Of a stretch of 64,000 nt of DNA, positions 1 through 8,850 are shown piece by piece; the first letter of the stretch is position 1, and each line of letters begins with the position of its first letter. This stretch comes from a virus (Duplodnaviria; Caudoviricetes). Location: positions 7,399 through 71,398 of the IMG/VR virus record IMGVR_UViG_2540341244_000005; one strand, written 5' to 3'. The notes below the pieces were generated by a model. That model did no database searches, was not told the origin of the DNA, and was given only the letters and a program-made list of their open reading frames with translations. Both the position numbers and the translations under genes were made by a program.

Positions 1-104
1 TGTGTCATATCTAGCGTTTTCTGACGTGCGCGCGTCCCTCTTCCTGTGTATGCGAGATAGCCTAGAACAGAGCCTATGACCAACAGCACGATAATGTTAT
101 CCAT
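1..104 (-). CDS. Partial (runs off window) AT-rich membrane-anchored protein, probable moron
   Basis: ATG at 104 with GAAGG upstream; MDNIIVLLVIGSVLGYLAYTGRG has an N-terminal hydrophobic helix; TTTACA-18-TATCCT promoter-like site at 206-235 on the minus strand. Confidence 0.5.
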   Translation of the reverse strand, partial: MDNIIVLLVIGSVLGYLAYTGRGTRARQKTLDMT

Positions 105-239
105 ATTGACCTTCATTATTGTTTTTGCCAAGTACCCGGCGTAGGCGTCTGGGGTGCATCTGGAGTCGATTTATAGTTTCCACGTTTTGTTCCCTGTTAT
201 TTAGCAGGATATGCTTCTGTCGGCTATCCTGTAAAATCG

Positions 240-683
240 CTATCCTTCCGCCCGCGCCAGCTCCCGCCGCACACTCTCCGCCGTAATTCGCGCCGGCGGC
301 GAATCCGGGTGCTTAGCCAACCGGCCTTCTTCAATCATTTCCCACACTCGGCTGCGACCAATCGAAAGCACGAATTCCACCTCGGGGACGGTCAACAAGG
401 CCTTTTTCGTGACCAGTTCCTGGGCAGAAACCGCCGGAAGTTGCGCAAATACGAGTTTTTTAGTCTTGAATGTGACCGGCAGCACCAGCTCAAATCCGAC
501 CGGATCAACCACACTGCACCGTTTCGGGCAGCCCACGCACACGAACTTGCGATCGCGGCTAAACCAGCGGGGTTTCCGCTTCGGGCCACAGCCCAGCGCA
601 GCATACGCCGAGCCCTCCACGAGCCCCATATACGGCAAAAATCCCTTCGTAAGCAGCGTCAGCACGTCGTCCACCACACTCAT
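240..683 (-). CDS. DNA-binding protein with C-terminal excisionase-like HTH, possible late-gene regulator
   Basis: LLTVPEVEFVLSIGRSRVWEMIEEGRL resembles HTH_17; last gene of the early operon, where Mor/C activators lie in Mu. Confidence 0.6.
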   Translation of the reverse strand: MSVVDDVLTLLTKGFLPYMGLVEGSAYAALGCGPKRKPRWFSRDRKFVCVGCPKRCSVVDPVGFELVLPVTFKTKKLVFAQLPAVSAQELVTKKALLTVPEVEFVLSIGRSRVWEMIEEGRLAKHPDSPPARITAESVRRELARAEG

Positions 684-1105
684 GTCCGTTTCCTCATGGT
701 GTCCAGGGCCACAGGTTCGTCACGACCAATCACCGGTGCCCACCAACGGCCGTCGATGCCAAGCACAGGCGCACTGGCCAAGAAAGTGACCTCGTAGGTC
801 GGTAATCCGTCCAGGCCGATCCGGCCTGTCGGCACGGCGACCCGGTCGCCGCGACGGTAGGACGGGGCCGGAGCGTCCTGGGGCGATTCCCGGTCGGCGA
901 CAAGGCAACAAAGCAGTGTGGATAGGCCGGCCAGGGTGTAAAATTGGTACTGATCCCCGCCGGGGTTGTGCCAGCAGCCATCCCGCCGCAGGCGGTATGC
1001 CTCGGCCGGGCCGCCCCATTGTTCAGCCTGAAACAGCTCCAGCTTGACCGTCTTGCCCTGGTTTCGGAGCAAAATCGTTGTCGATTTTCGGCGCTTTTCG
1101 CTCAT
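680..1105 (-). CDS. Hypothetical phage early protein
   Basis: ORF coupled to neighbours; likely start MSEKRRK at 1105. Confidence 0.6.
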   Translation of the reverse strand: MSEKRRKSTTILLRNQGKTVKLELFQAEQWGGPAEAYRLRRDGCWHNPGGDQYQFYTLAGLSTLLCCLVADRESPQDAPAPSYRRGDRVAVPTGRIGLDGLPTYEVTFLASAPVLGIDGRWWAPVIGRDEPVALDTMRKRT

Positions 1106-1109
1106 CGTA

Positions 1110-1478
1110 TCAACCAACTTGAGATAGCGCGGCAGCAGCATGGAGTGCCGCTACCGCCGCTGCCTGCCGCTCCCAGAGCGTCCGACAGCCCTTGCAACGT
1201 CGTTTGTCCGTCTGTCGGCATCTGGCGCATCCCACCCGCTCCAGGGCCTCGTAGATCGCTGTCAAGCTGGGTGGCTCGCTCCCCTTGGCGGCTGGCGGCG
1301 TATCGGCCAGGGCGGCCTGGATGCGCGCCGTCTGTCGGGCCACGTTGCCGGGATAGCGCCCGGAAAGGAGCTGGAGCACAACGCTTTTGGTGATGCCCGT
1401 CGCCTTGCAGTACGCGTAAATGCTCCGATGGCGGGCCAGGATGGCGGCCCGCAACGCCTCGCGTTCGTCCGGCCCCAT
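1110..1478 (-). CDS. HTH-type DNA-binding protein with Cys-rich C-terminus
   Basis: IYAYCKATGITKSVVLQLLSGRYPG HTH-like segment; CxxC...CxxC. Confidence 0.6.
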   Translation of the reverse strand: MGPDEREALRAAILARHRSIYAYCKATGITKSVVLQLLSGRYPGNVARQTARIQAALADTPPAAKGSEPPSLTAIYEALERVGCARCRQTDKRRCKGCRTLWERQAAAVAALHAAAALSQVG

Positions 1479-1481
1479 GCG

Positions 1482-2048
1482 TCATCTTGCCATGGCCGTG
1501 GCGCGTCGCGTACCGCCGGCTTCGGCCGGCTCGGGATCAATGCCGGCTTTGCGGCACCGGCTCCACAGATCCTTGGCCAGGGTGGACAGGGCGGCCGTGT
1601 CGGTCAACCAGACATACTTTTCGACGCCGAACTGTTTGGACACCCGGGCGTCCAGACTCTTGGGCTCGTAGCCGAGCAGGCACCACAACATGAGGATATA
1701 CTTCTTCTGCCGCGCCAGCGGGCCCGCCGGGATGTCCAGGCGCTCGTAGCCGTCGACCTTGTCGCCCTTGCGCCAGTTGTGCAGACGCTTCGGCAAAAGC
1801 GGGATGTCCACGGCGGCGTGGTCGGGGAGCCACTGGGCGGCCAAGGCATCGAGCACCTGGTTGCGCTGCCCCAGCGTCAGCTTCGACCAGGAGGCCGCCT
1901 TGCCGCCCAGGATGCGGCCGAACATTTCGATCAACAAATCCCGGTCGTTCTCGTAAGAAAGCGTTGTGGCCTTCAGGAGCGTTCCGAAAAAGACCTTGCT
2001 TTGCATGTTGTAGATGGCCGCGCATGGGACGAAAGGTCGCTTTGCCAT
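1482..2048 (-). CDS. gemA: GemA-like (Mu gp16/DUF1018) regulatory protein
   Basis: ASWSKLTLGQRNQVLDAL and QKKYILMLW...SKQFGVEKYVWL match the GemA pattern; position in the early operon. Confidence 0.55.
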   Translation of the reverse strand: MAKRPFVPCAAIYNMQSKVFFGTLLKATTLSYENDRDLLIEMFGRILGGKAASWSKLTLGQRNQVLDALAAQWLPDHAAVDIPLLPKRLHNWRKGDKVDGYERLDIPAGPLARQKKYILMLWCLLGYEPKSLDARVSKQFGVEKYVWLTDTAALSTLAKDLWSRCRKAGIDPEPAEAGGTRRATAMAR

Positions 2049-2051
2049 GGG

Positions 2052-2303
2052 TTACCTCTCGGAAGCAGGGTTTTGAGGATGCTTGCGGGCACCTGCGAGC
2101 AGGGAGCAACGCACGGACGTCACGTTGTCTGGTTGCAGACAAACTTCCTGCCGGCTGGGCGTGCCGTCGTTCTTGAGCTTTTTCCCGATGCCGCCGCCGT
2201 TGCTGTAAACGACCACTAGCCGGATCGGTCCCTTGTGGCGTCGGCTGACGACGACGTCACCCGGTCGCATGGCTATTGCCGTATTGAGGACGGCAGCGGG
2301 CAT
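2052..2303 (-). CDS. Hypothetical phage protein
   Basis: ATG at 2303 overlapping the upstream stop; AGGAG RBS. Confidence 0.5.
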   Translation of the reverse strand: MPAAVLNTAIAMRPGDVVVSRRHKGPIRLVVVYSNGGGIGKKLKNDGTPSRQEVCLQPDNVTSVRCSLLAGARKHPQNPASER

Positions 2304-2533
2304 CAGCGGCTCCTTTGCGGCTTGGATGGGCGTTTGCGCACGATGAAGTGGTCTCCTGCCCGCACCCCGCAGATATACGGGATGCCGCACAGCAGTTTGC
2401 AGCCTGGGCAAACGACATTGTTGTTCATTTGCCGCGCCTGATAGGTTCCCGGGCAAAGGCAGTTCTTGTTCCCGATTTCGGTCATAAAGACCGGAGTGCC
2501 CTGGGGGAGCTTCTCTTGGTAGCTAAGATACAT
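2303..2533 (-). CDS. Hypothetical Cys-rich phage protein
   Basis: MYLSYQEKLP start with GGAGG RBS. Confidence 0.5.
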   Translation of the reverse strand: MYLSYQEKLPQGTPVFMTEIGNKNCLCPGTYQARQMNNNVVCPGCKLLCGIPYICGVRAGDHFIVRKRPSKPQRSR

Positions 2534-2544
2534 GCCCGCCTCCC

Positions 2545-2850
2545 TTAGAAATTCACTCGATAGACCGCCAATTCGGCCTCCAGTTCGGCCACCCTGGCCC
2601 GCAGCCGCGCCACCTCTTCCGGCTCGACGGCCATGGCCTCGGGCGTTGGCTCGGACGCAATTTCCTCGGCTGCCTCGGCAAACGCCGAGGCGACAAGCAC
2701 CTGCGGGCGAAACAGTTGATAGCCCGTTCCGTTCCAGAGCCGGACTTGACGTCCTTGTGGGGCGATCACGTACTTTGAGGCCACACGGCGCACCTTTCCA
2801 CGCGCGTTGACCTCGTAGGCCTCGAAGCCTGGGATGCCCCGCCATTCCAT
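2545..2850 (-). CDS. NUMOD4-like domain protein with C-terminal coiled coil
   Basis: MEWRGIPGFEAYEVNARGKVRR matches NUMOD4; no HNH motif seen. Confidence 0.6.
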   Translation of the reverse strand: MEWRGIPGFEAYEVNARGKVRRVASKYVIAPQGRQVRLWNGTGYQLFRPQVLVASAFAEAAEEIASEPTPEAMAVEPEEVARLRARVAELEAELAVYRVNF

Positions 2851-2855
2851 GCTGC

Positions 2856-3098
2856 TCACAGCAGGCACCTGTGAAGGCGGTCGGCGAAAGCCGCCACGCA
2901 GTCGAGTTTGGCAGCGACGTCCTGGGCAAAGCCAAAACCGGGGATGAGCATGGTGGCGTTGTCATACGCCAACGTGGCCTCGCCTTGGATGGACTCATGA
3001 AGCGCTGTCGCATCGCCAACAGCCAAAGGGATGGCCCCATCTGGGGTCGCCTCGCCGATCTCAATCATGCCGGTTGCCCAACAGTATGCTACGGCCAT
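2856..3098 (-). CDS. Conserved Mu-like early protein (family often annotated host-nuclease inhibitor)
   Basis: AYCWATGMIEIG...LIPG motif; AGGAG RBS. Confidence 0.55.
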   Translation of the reverse strand: MAVAYCWATGMIEIGEATPDGAIPLAVGDATALHESIQGEATLAYDNATMLIPGFGFAQDVAAKLDCVAAFADRLHRCLL

Positions 3099-3110
3099 GG
3101 TCTTCTCCTG

Positions 3111-3173
3111 GTGGCTGCTCATCAGGCCCGGGCCGCCACGCCCGGACGACCGCCCACATGGGGCGGTTTCGCA
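3111..3173 (-). ncRNA. Type II hammerhead ribozyme
   Basis: UGC-GAAA-CCGCCC(CAUGU)GGGCGG-UC^-GUCCGGGC(GUGGCG)GCCCGGGC-CUGAUGA-GCA: complete core and three stems; loop I GUGGC can pair with the 3' GCCAC. Confidence 0.9.
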
Positions 3174-3479
3174 TCAGGCGTTCGGATTCAACGCATCCTT
3201 CAGCGCCTTCCCCACATTGAGCTTGGCGCTCCGGCTGGCCTCGATATCAATGGTCGCACCGGTGCGGGGATTGCGGCCTTTGCGCGCCTTGCGTTCCACC
3301 AGTTCCAGCGTGCCCAGGCCGGGCAGCGTCACCTTGCCGCCCTCGGCCAGGATCGAGGCGGCCTCCGCGCCGAGTGCATCCAGCACATGGCTAATGGTGG
3401 TCTTCTCGTGTATGTGCTTGGTCTGCACGTCGCCGGCCAGCCGGTCCTTGATCCTGTCGATGAGTCCCGCTTTGCTCAT
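3174..3479 (-). CDS. HU/IHF-family DNA-binding protein
   Basis: MSKAGLI...VTLPGLGTLELVERKARKGRNPRTG...GKALKDALN. Confidence 0.92.
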   Translation of the reverse strand: MSKAGLIDRIKDRLAGDVQTKHIHEKTTISHVLDALGAEAASILAEGGKVTLPGLGTLELVERKARKGRNPRTGATIDIEASRSAKLNVGKALKDALNPNA

Positions 3480-3497
3480 GTTCCTTTTCCTCCACGG

Positions 3498-3794
3498 TTA
3501 CATGGTCATTCCGGCCTGGATTCTCCGAGCCTCGGTGACGTAGTTGGCGGTCATGGCCCCGGCCGAAGCCGCCCGGTTGATGAGGTCAGACAGCGCTTCG
3601 GCCTTCTTCTTCCAGCCTAACGCCTGGGCTTCGGCGCTTCGCAACACCCGCATGGGCACCACCCGATCCGTCGCAGCGTCGCAGGGCGACACGCTCCGGC
3701 TGGCGCAGTTGCCGCACAAGCTCTCGCCGCCGAGAGCCAGCGGCAAACCCACGTGGCCGCATTCCGTGCATTTGCAAGACTGCTTGCCGTCCAT
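3498..3794 (-). CDS. Hypothetical Zn-ribbon protein
   Basis: CTECG...CGNC. Confidence 0.5.
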   Translation of the reverse strand: MDGKQSCKCTECGHVGLPLALGGESLCGNCASRSVSPCDAATDRVVPMRVLRSAEAQALGWKKKAEALSDLINRAASAGAMTANYVTEARRIQAGMTM

Positions 3795-3813
3795 ACTGCC
3801 CCCGCTGGCCGGT

Positions 3814-4041
3814 CTACGGCCGATCCTGGTCCAGATGTTCCACCAGCCGGATACTGGCTGCGGCGATTTTTACCGCCTGCTGACGAGCCTTGTCGTAATG
3901 CCCATTGAGCATGGACCTGCAGACGTTCGCGCTGGCATTTGCGACAGCTCCCGCCAGCAGAAAAGCCATATCGTCTTCCGGGGGCATGGCCGGCAGCCGC
4001 TCCAGCTCCCGCACCACTTCGATGGGCAGCGCGTCCATCAC
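3814..4041 (-). CDS. Hypothetical phage protein
   Basis: ORF overlaps the upstream stop; operon continuity. Confidence 0.5.
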   Translation of the reverse strand: MMDALPIEVVRELERLPAMPPEDDMAFLLAGAVANASANVCRSMLNGHYDKARQQAVKIAAASIRLVEHLDQDRP

Positions 4042-4652
4042 AGCACCGCGATATCCAGGGCGATGGGCGCATAGCTGTCGTCATCCCGGCGCTCGTAGAC
4101 CCGCAGGAGCTTTTTCGAGCCAATCACCTGCAAGCTGTCCGCGATGGCCTCCATGGCCTCCCGCCAGCGTTTGTCCTGGATGTCGAGCTTGCGCAGGCCA
4201 AGGATTGCGCCGGTGTTGACGCGTCCTTCCGTGTCCACGGCGAAGGCCTGATTGATGATGGCCTTGATCTCTTCGGTGCTCCCCTTGGCCCATTCGGTCA
4301 GGCATTCGTCGACCAAGGACTTCGCGACCTGCAACCGTTCATCAAAGGACAGGTGGTCGCTGATCTGAAGCTGCACCTTGTATCGGCCATCGAAGCTCAT
4401 CAGGGTGATGTTGCCCTTGAGGCCGCCGCGTTTGGCCCCGTATTTCTCGGCCGACAGGTCGGCGAAGGCCTGAATGTCGCCCAGGGTGTTGGCGCGAAAG
4501 GTCCGCAACACCGCCTGCGCGTCCTTGGCAGCGCCCACGATGCCGCGCACCAGGTCATCGCGCAGCTTGTCCACCTCCTTGACCTTGCCGACCGGGATCA
4601 AGTGCTTTTTGGCGTCTTCCATGTACCCTTCGGGGATGCTCGTTTCGCTCAT
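4038..4652 (-). CDS. DUF3164 family protein
   Basis: IPEGYMEDAK...GGLKGNITLMSFDG...FDERLQVAKSLVDECL...ALDIA typical of DUF3164. Confidence 0.85.
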   Translation of the reverse strand: MSETSIPEGYMEDAKKHLIPVGKVKEVDKLRDDLVRGIVGAAKDAQAVLRTFRANTLGDIQAFADLSAEKYGAKRGGLKGNITLMSFDGRYKVQLQISDHLSFDERLQVAKSLVDECLTEWAKGSTEEIKAIINQAFAVDTEGRVNTGAILGLRKLDIQDKRWREAMEAIADSLQVIGSKKLLRVYERRDDDSYAPIALDIAVL

Positions 4653-5260
4653 GACTCCTGTTCCTCCTTCTCGAACCGGGCCAGGATGGCCCGGCAGTTT
4701 TCAATGATTTTGGCGCGGACGGCCGGTTGGTAGGGGTCGCGCTCCATAAAGGCCCGCACCAGCCGGCAGGCCGCATTGCGCTCGACCTCGAAGGGATCGG
4801 CGGCATCCTGGGGAGGGTACGGCGTGTTCACCGTGTCCTTGGCCCGTAGCGTGGCCCGAAAAAGGTACGTCGCCCCATCCCGGCCGTGGCGTTCGACAAA
4901 GCCCTCTTCAAGGAGCCATTGCCCGTATTTCCGAACATGGGTGTAGGAAACCCGAGACACCTGGGCGATGCCCGTCCAGGAGAAACCAGGCTTCGCCGAA
5001 CGGATGGCCCGCCAAGCCCGTTGGTAGAACTCCCCACTGCGAAGCCTGGCCTTGGGGTTGTAGGCGTACTTCCCGTCCTCAATGCGCGTCAGTTCCGCCC
5101 GCTTGATGAGGTCATTTATCCGGGAGCGCAGCCGGGCCTTGGCCGGCTCGTTGTCCAACCCCATTGCCTCGTAAAGCAGGGCGTTGGTGACCGGCTCCTT
5201 GCCGTTGATCGTCAGGCCCTGGATGACCAACCGCAGGCGGTCCATCTCCTCGGTTCTCAT
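4649..5260 (-). CDS. Winged-helix-like phage protein
   Basis: AWRAIR...IAQVSRVSYTHVRKYGQWLLEEGFV; directly downstream of MuB. Confidence 0.6.
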   Translation of the reverse strand: MRTEEMDRLRLVIQGLTINGKEPVTNALLYEAMGLDNEPAKARLRSRINDLIKRAELTRIEDGKYAYNPKARLRSGEFYQRAWRAIRSAKPGFSWTGIAQVSRVSYTHVRKYGQWLLEEGFVERHGRDGATYLFRATLRAKDTVNTPYPPQDAADPFEVERNAACRLVRAFMERDPYQPAVRAKIIENCRAILARFEKEEQES

Positions 5261-5976
5261 GCCCGCCTCCAGCTCTTTTGCTTCTGGATCGCCGCCACCA
5301 TGGCCGCGTCGGCCTTGTCGGTTTCGCGGGCCTTGGCCGCCTGTTCCAGCATCTGCACCATGTTGCGCACCAGCCGCATGTCGCCGTCCGAAGTGGCCCG
5401 GACCATGGCGCAGGCTTCGGGCGTCAAGTCGAGGCCGGCGGCTTCGAAGGCGAAGGCGGCGATGTCGCCTTCATCCACGGGGCCGAAGGCCACTTCCTGG
5501 GTCACGCGGGACCAGATGCGGCGGCGCTTGGACAACAGCCCGATAAGTTCCTCTTCCCCTATGAGGAGGATTGCCGCCCCGGTGGCCTCATGGATGTCGC
5601 GCAAGTCCTCGATCCGCCCGAAGGCCAGCCGGTCGGCTTCGTCCATGTAGATGGTGGCGGCCTGGCCCTGTTTGCGCCGTTTCTCCAGGACTTCGACAAT
5701 CCGCACTTTGCAGGCGTGGGCCGAACGCGGCGCTAGCGCACCCGTGACCTCAAAGCACAGCTTCCCGAGGAAGGCGGCCTGCGTCATGTCTTCCCATGCG
5801 GAAAGGAACACCCCGCCGCGCTCGGCCTGGCTGTTGCGAGCGGCAAACGTCTTGCCCCGGCCGGCCTGGCCCCAAGCCACGACAATGCCGGGCTGGCCTC
5901 GCTCGGTATCCTCGACAGTCAACACGGCCCGCTGAAAAGCGGCTACGTTGCCCGTCTCCACAAAAACCGATTTCAT
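5257..5976 (-). CDS. MuB-like AAA+ transposition ATPase
   Basis: Walker A GQAGRGKT, Walker B IYMDEAD, LRDIHE; follows the transposase. Confidence 0.92.
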   Translation of the reverse strand: MKSVFVETGNVAAFQRAVLTVEDTERGQPGIVVAWGQAGRGKTFAARNSQAERGGVFLSAWEDMTQAAFLGKLCFEVTGALAPRSAHACKVRIVEVLEKRRKQGQAATIYMDEADRLAFGRIEDLRDIHEATGAAILLIGEEELIGLLSKRRRIWSRVTQEVAFGPVDEGDIAAFAFEAAGLDLTPEACAMVRATSDGDMRLVRNMVQMLEQAAKARETDKADAAMVAAIQKQKSWRRA

Positions 5977-8084
5977 GCGTCTCCTCCCCCGTTGGCGGCC
6001 TTGCGACGGCGCTCGTAGACCGTGCGCAAGCGCGCGTAACGTCCAGCCGCGCAGGCCGCGTATTCCTCGGTTTGCTCATAGCGGGCCATCCATGCGGCGT
6101 CGGCCTCACGCAGGGCCAAGCCGTCACGAACGGCCAAATTGAAAAGGTATTCGTAGCGGTCGAGTTCATTGACGATGGTGGCCATCTGCGCCGGCGGCAC
6201 ATAGGCCGGGGCGGCTTCGATCTTGGCCCTGGCCGCGATCTTGGCGGCTTCGATGCTCTTGACGTTCGGGGCTTTCGGTTCCGGCAGAGCCGGCGTTTCG
6301 GCCTTGTCAGCCGACACCAGACGCATGCGAGTCTGTGTTTCCGGCAGCACCACGGAATTCAGGAAATCTCTGGCGTTGGCCGTGACCTGGTTTTCCAAGG
6401 CCTTCTTGTAGGCGATCTCGCTCGTCAGAACGGCCTGATCGTCAGCGGTCCCAAGGAGGCGGGCAGCCGGATGCACTTTCGGCACGGGCGTGGCCTCGCA
6501 GATCAGATTCTTGCCGGACTGGTCGTAGACGAGCACCGACCGCCGGTCCTGCTCGTCGAAGCGCACCAGCACGGGATGGCGCAGGCTATGCAAGAAGGGA
6601 TGGCGATAGGACTGCCCAAAAAGGCCCACGCCGTTGCGGTCGATGGTGCGGACCACCTTGGAGAGCATGCACAGCCGCAGCTTAAGCAGATCGCCTTCGC
6701 CAAGGCCGGGACCGGCCCCCGCAGCAAACGCCTCGGCCGGAGCTTTGCCGGCCAGGTGGCCCCGCTGGGGGCGTTCGGCATAGGCATCGAACCAACTGGC
6801 AATGGCGGTATGGGCTTCCTCAAGGGTCAGCGGCCGGCCGCCGGATGCCTCATAGACTTTGCGGTGGAGCTTCTCCCCGCGCATGAGGCGCGGTGGCTTG
6901 GATTCTATGGACGTGCCGACATATGACGGTATCCAGCGTTCAAGCTCGCCGAACGTCTTAAAAAAGCGTTCAATGGTCTTGGACTGACCGTGGTAGGGCC
7001 AAGCGAAAAGCGGGGCTATGCCGAGTTCCTGAAATACGCCGCCAAGGCCACTTTGCTTCAGGTCCACGCCGTTGAAAAACTTGCTCCGGAAGGCCCGCCC
7101 GTTGTCCAGATAGGCCACCTTCGGAAACATTCCGAGTCGCAGGCATGCCCGGCGCAGGGCCGAGGCGATGGCTTGCGTGTTTTCCGTGGGCAGGATTTCC
7201 CAGCCAAGCGGGTAGCTGGATGCCATGTCGAACCACAGCACCAGTTCCATGCGCGCCCCCTTGCCGGTCTCCGGGTCGAGAATCTCGAAATTGAGGGCAT
7301 GGCCGTCGGCCACCAGGATGTCGCCCACGCTGATTTTCGAATAATCGCGCTCGATATACGGGCAACAGTCGTCGTTCCAGGCCTTGGCTCCCTCGCGGGC
7401 GTAGACCCATTCCCCGTAATTGAGGGTCATCCACTTGCGCAGGTAGCGGTACAGCGTGATTTCGGCGCAATCCGGCAAGCCGGCGGGCTTAAATGCCTCG
7501 CGGGCCATGCGACAGACTTCGGAAAGACAATGCTTGTTGGGATGGCGGACCAGGGCGAGCAAAATTTGGGCGTGTCGTTCGGTTACAACCGGCTCCACGC
7601 GCACGCCGCCGCGTGTGTCGGCCAGGGCCAGGGCCGAGCCGGTGCGGCGCATGGCGGTCTTCCAGCGTTCCAGGGATTGGACGGACACCTTATCGCCAAG
7701 GATTTCCTTGATCTTGGGCCACACGCCGCCCCGGTAAGCGGCGACGAACTCCTTGCCGGCCTGTCCCTTGCGGGCCGCCTTGGCCAGGGCTTCGGTGTAG
7801 AGGCGCACCAGATCGGCTTTAGCCAGGGCCTTGCGGCGTTGATCCTCGGTCAGATTGGCATCGGCGGCCACGGCGGCGGGGAGATTGGCCCCCTCGTAAG
7901 CGGTAATGGCGTCCTGGATGTCCTCGGGCAAGGAGGCGGCGAGGTAGGCCTTTTCCCGCCAAGCTTTGCCCGAGCCGGCTTGTGCCGCGCAAGCCCACCC
8001 AGCTTTGCTTGCGCGGCTATTGACCGCCCGAGGTGTCACACCCAGGGCATAGGCCAATTCACTTGCTGTGTAAGCGTCCTTCAT
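5973..8084 (-). CDS. MuA-like DDE transposase
   Basis: N-terminal HTH (YTASELA); DDE motifs VADGH / YLDNG / KTIERFF; Mu-type C-terminal region. Confidence 0.95.
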   Translation of the reverse strand: MKDAYTASELAYALGVTPRAVNSRASKAGWACAAQAGSGKAWREKAYLAASLPEDIQDAITAYEGANLPAAVAADANLTEDQRRKALAKADLVRLYTEALAKAARKGQAGKEFVAAYRGGVWPKIKEILGDKVSVQSLERWKTAMRRTGSALALADTRGGVRVEPVVTERHAQILLALVRHPNKHCLSEVCRMAREAFKPAGLPDCAEITLYRYLRKWMTLNYGEWVYAREGAKAWNDDCCPYIERDYSKISVGDILVADGHALNFEILDPETGKGARMELVLWFDMASSYPLGWEILPTENTQAIASALRRACLRLGMFPKVAYLDNGRAFRSKFFNGVDLKQSGLGGVFQELGIAPLFAWPYHGQSKTIERFFKTFGELERWIPSYVGTSIESKPPRLMRGEKLHRKVYEASGGRPLTLEEAHTAIASWFDAYAERPQRGHLAGKAPAEAFAAGAGPGLGEGDLLKLRLCMLSKVVRTIDRNGVGLFGQSYRHPFLHSLRHPVLVRFDEQDRRSVLVYDQSGKNLICEATPVPKVHPAARLLGTADDQAVLTSEIAYKKALENQVTANARDFLNSVVLPETQTRMRLVSADKAETPALPEPKAPNVKSIEAAKIAARAKIEAAPAYVPPAQMATIVNELDRYEYLFNLAVRDGLALREADAAWMARYEQTEEYAACAAGRYARLRTVYERRRKAANGGGDA

Positions 8085-8128
8085 TGTGCCGCCATTTGTC
8101 CGCTTGAAAGATTTCCGCGTGTTACTTT

Positions 8129-8190
8129 CGGCTGCTCATCAGGCCGGACGCACCACCGTCCGACGACCGCCCCGCAGGGCGGTTTCGCAA
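8129..8190 (-). ncRNA. Type II hammerhead ribozyme upstream of the transposase
   Basis: UUGC-GAAA-CCGCCC(UGCG)GGGCGG-UC^-GUCGGACG(GUGGUG)CGUCCGGC-CUGAUGA-GCAG; stem I covaries with the copy at 3111-3173. Confidence 0.9.
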
Positions 8191-8193
8191 TGG

Positions 8194-8625
8194 TCAGACC
8201 GGCAGGGGGAGGGGTTCCCATTCAGGCCACCACGGAAGGAAGGAAAGACCTCCAAGGTGCCGAGCAAGTGCACGAATCTTCCGATAGCCATCCTTCCACG
8301 CCTGCCGATTAAAGCGGCTAGGACGGATAAACATGCAAGTCCGTTCCCAAAAGCGGATCGGGAATTTTGTGCTCTTGAAATATGTATAGGGAGCAGCCAG
8401 AGAGAATTCGAAGCCTTGTGCATCAAACGACAGATCGATGCCGGATTTAAAAACACGTCGTATGGCGACGAGCATCACGCTGTCGGGGACTCTGGCTTTC
8501 CGAATGACAGCATTGCAGGCGTGTTCCCCTGATATGGGGCCGTCTGCTCGCACAATGCCGTCCACAAAAGCAGCCAACGCCCTCTTGTACTGCGCTTCGC
8601 GTTTCTTGATCGTGCGTTTGTTCAT
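8194..8625 (-). CDS. Hypothetical basic protein of lower GC
   Basis: 143-aa ORF with AAGGA RBS; lower GC than flanks. Confidence 0.6.
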   Translation of the reverse strand: MNKRTIKKREAQYKRALAAFVDGIVRADGPISGEHACNAVIRKARVPDSVMLVAIRRVFKSGIDLSFDAQGFEFSLAAPYTYFKSTKFPIRFWERTCMFIRPSRFNRQAWKDGYRKIRALARHLGGLSFLPWWPEWEPLPLPV

Positions 8626-8629
8626 GATG

Positions 8630-8824
8630 CTATTCCTTTCCCATCAGGATATGCGTCATGCGTGAGGAAAACGATGAGCCGTTGTCGGTCATCATCACCT
8701 CGACGCCGCACATGGCCAAAAGCGCCCCTTTCACGGCCTTTTTTGACAGGCCGTTTTGCCTCAAAACCTGGGCAACCTGCCGCATTTCTTCCGCCTTCCC
8801 CGTCAACCGTTTCCGCTTGCTCAT
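8630..8824 (-). CDS. Small hypothetical protein
   Basis: Strong AGGAGG RBS; MSKRKRL. Confidence 0.6.
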   Translation of the reverse strand: MSKRKRLTGKAEEMRQVAQVLRQNGLSKKAVKGALLAMCGVEVMMTDNGSSFSSRMTHILMGKE

Positions 8825-8850
8825 CGCCCAACCTCCTTTCCTATTTTGAT

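Noticed and set aside
1-30. TG at position 1 as a Mu terminus
   Set aside because: Lies within a plausible minus-strand ORF and no TCTCA/TGAGA end repeats are nearby; probably just the window edge
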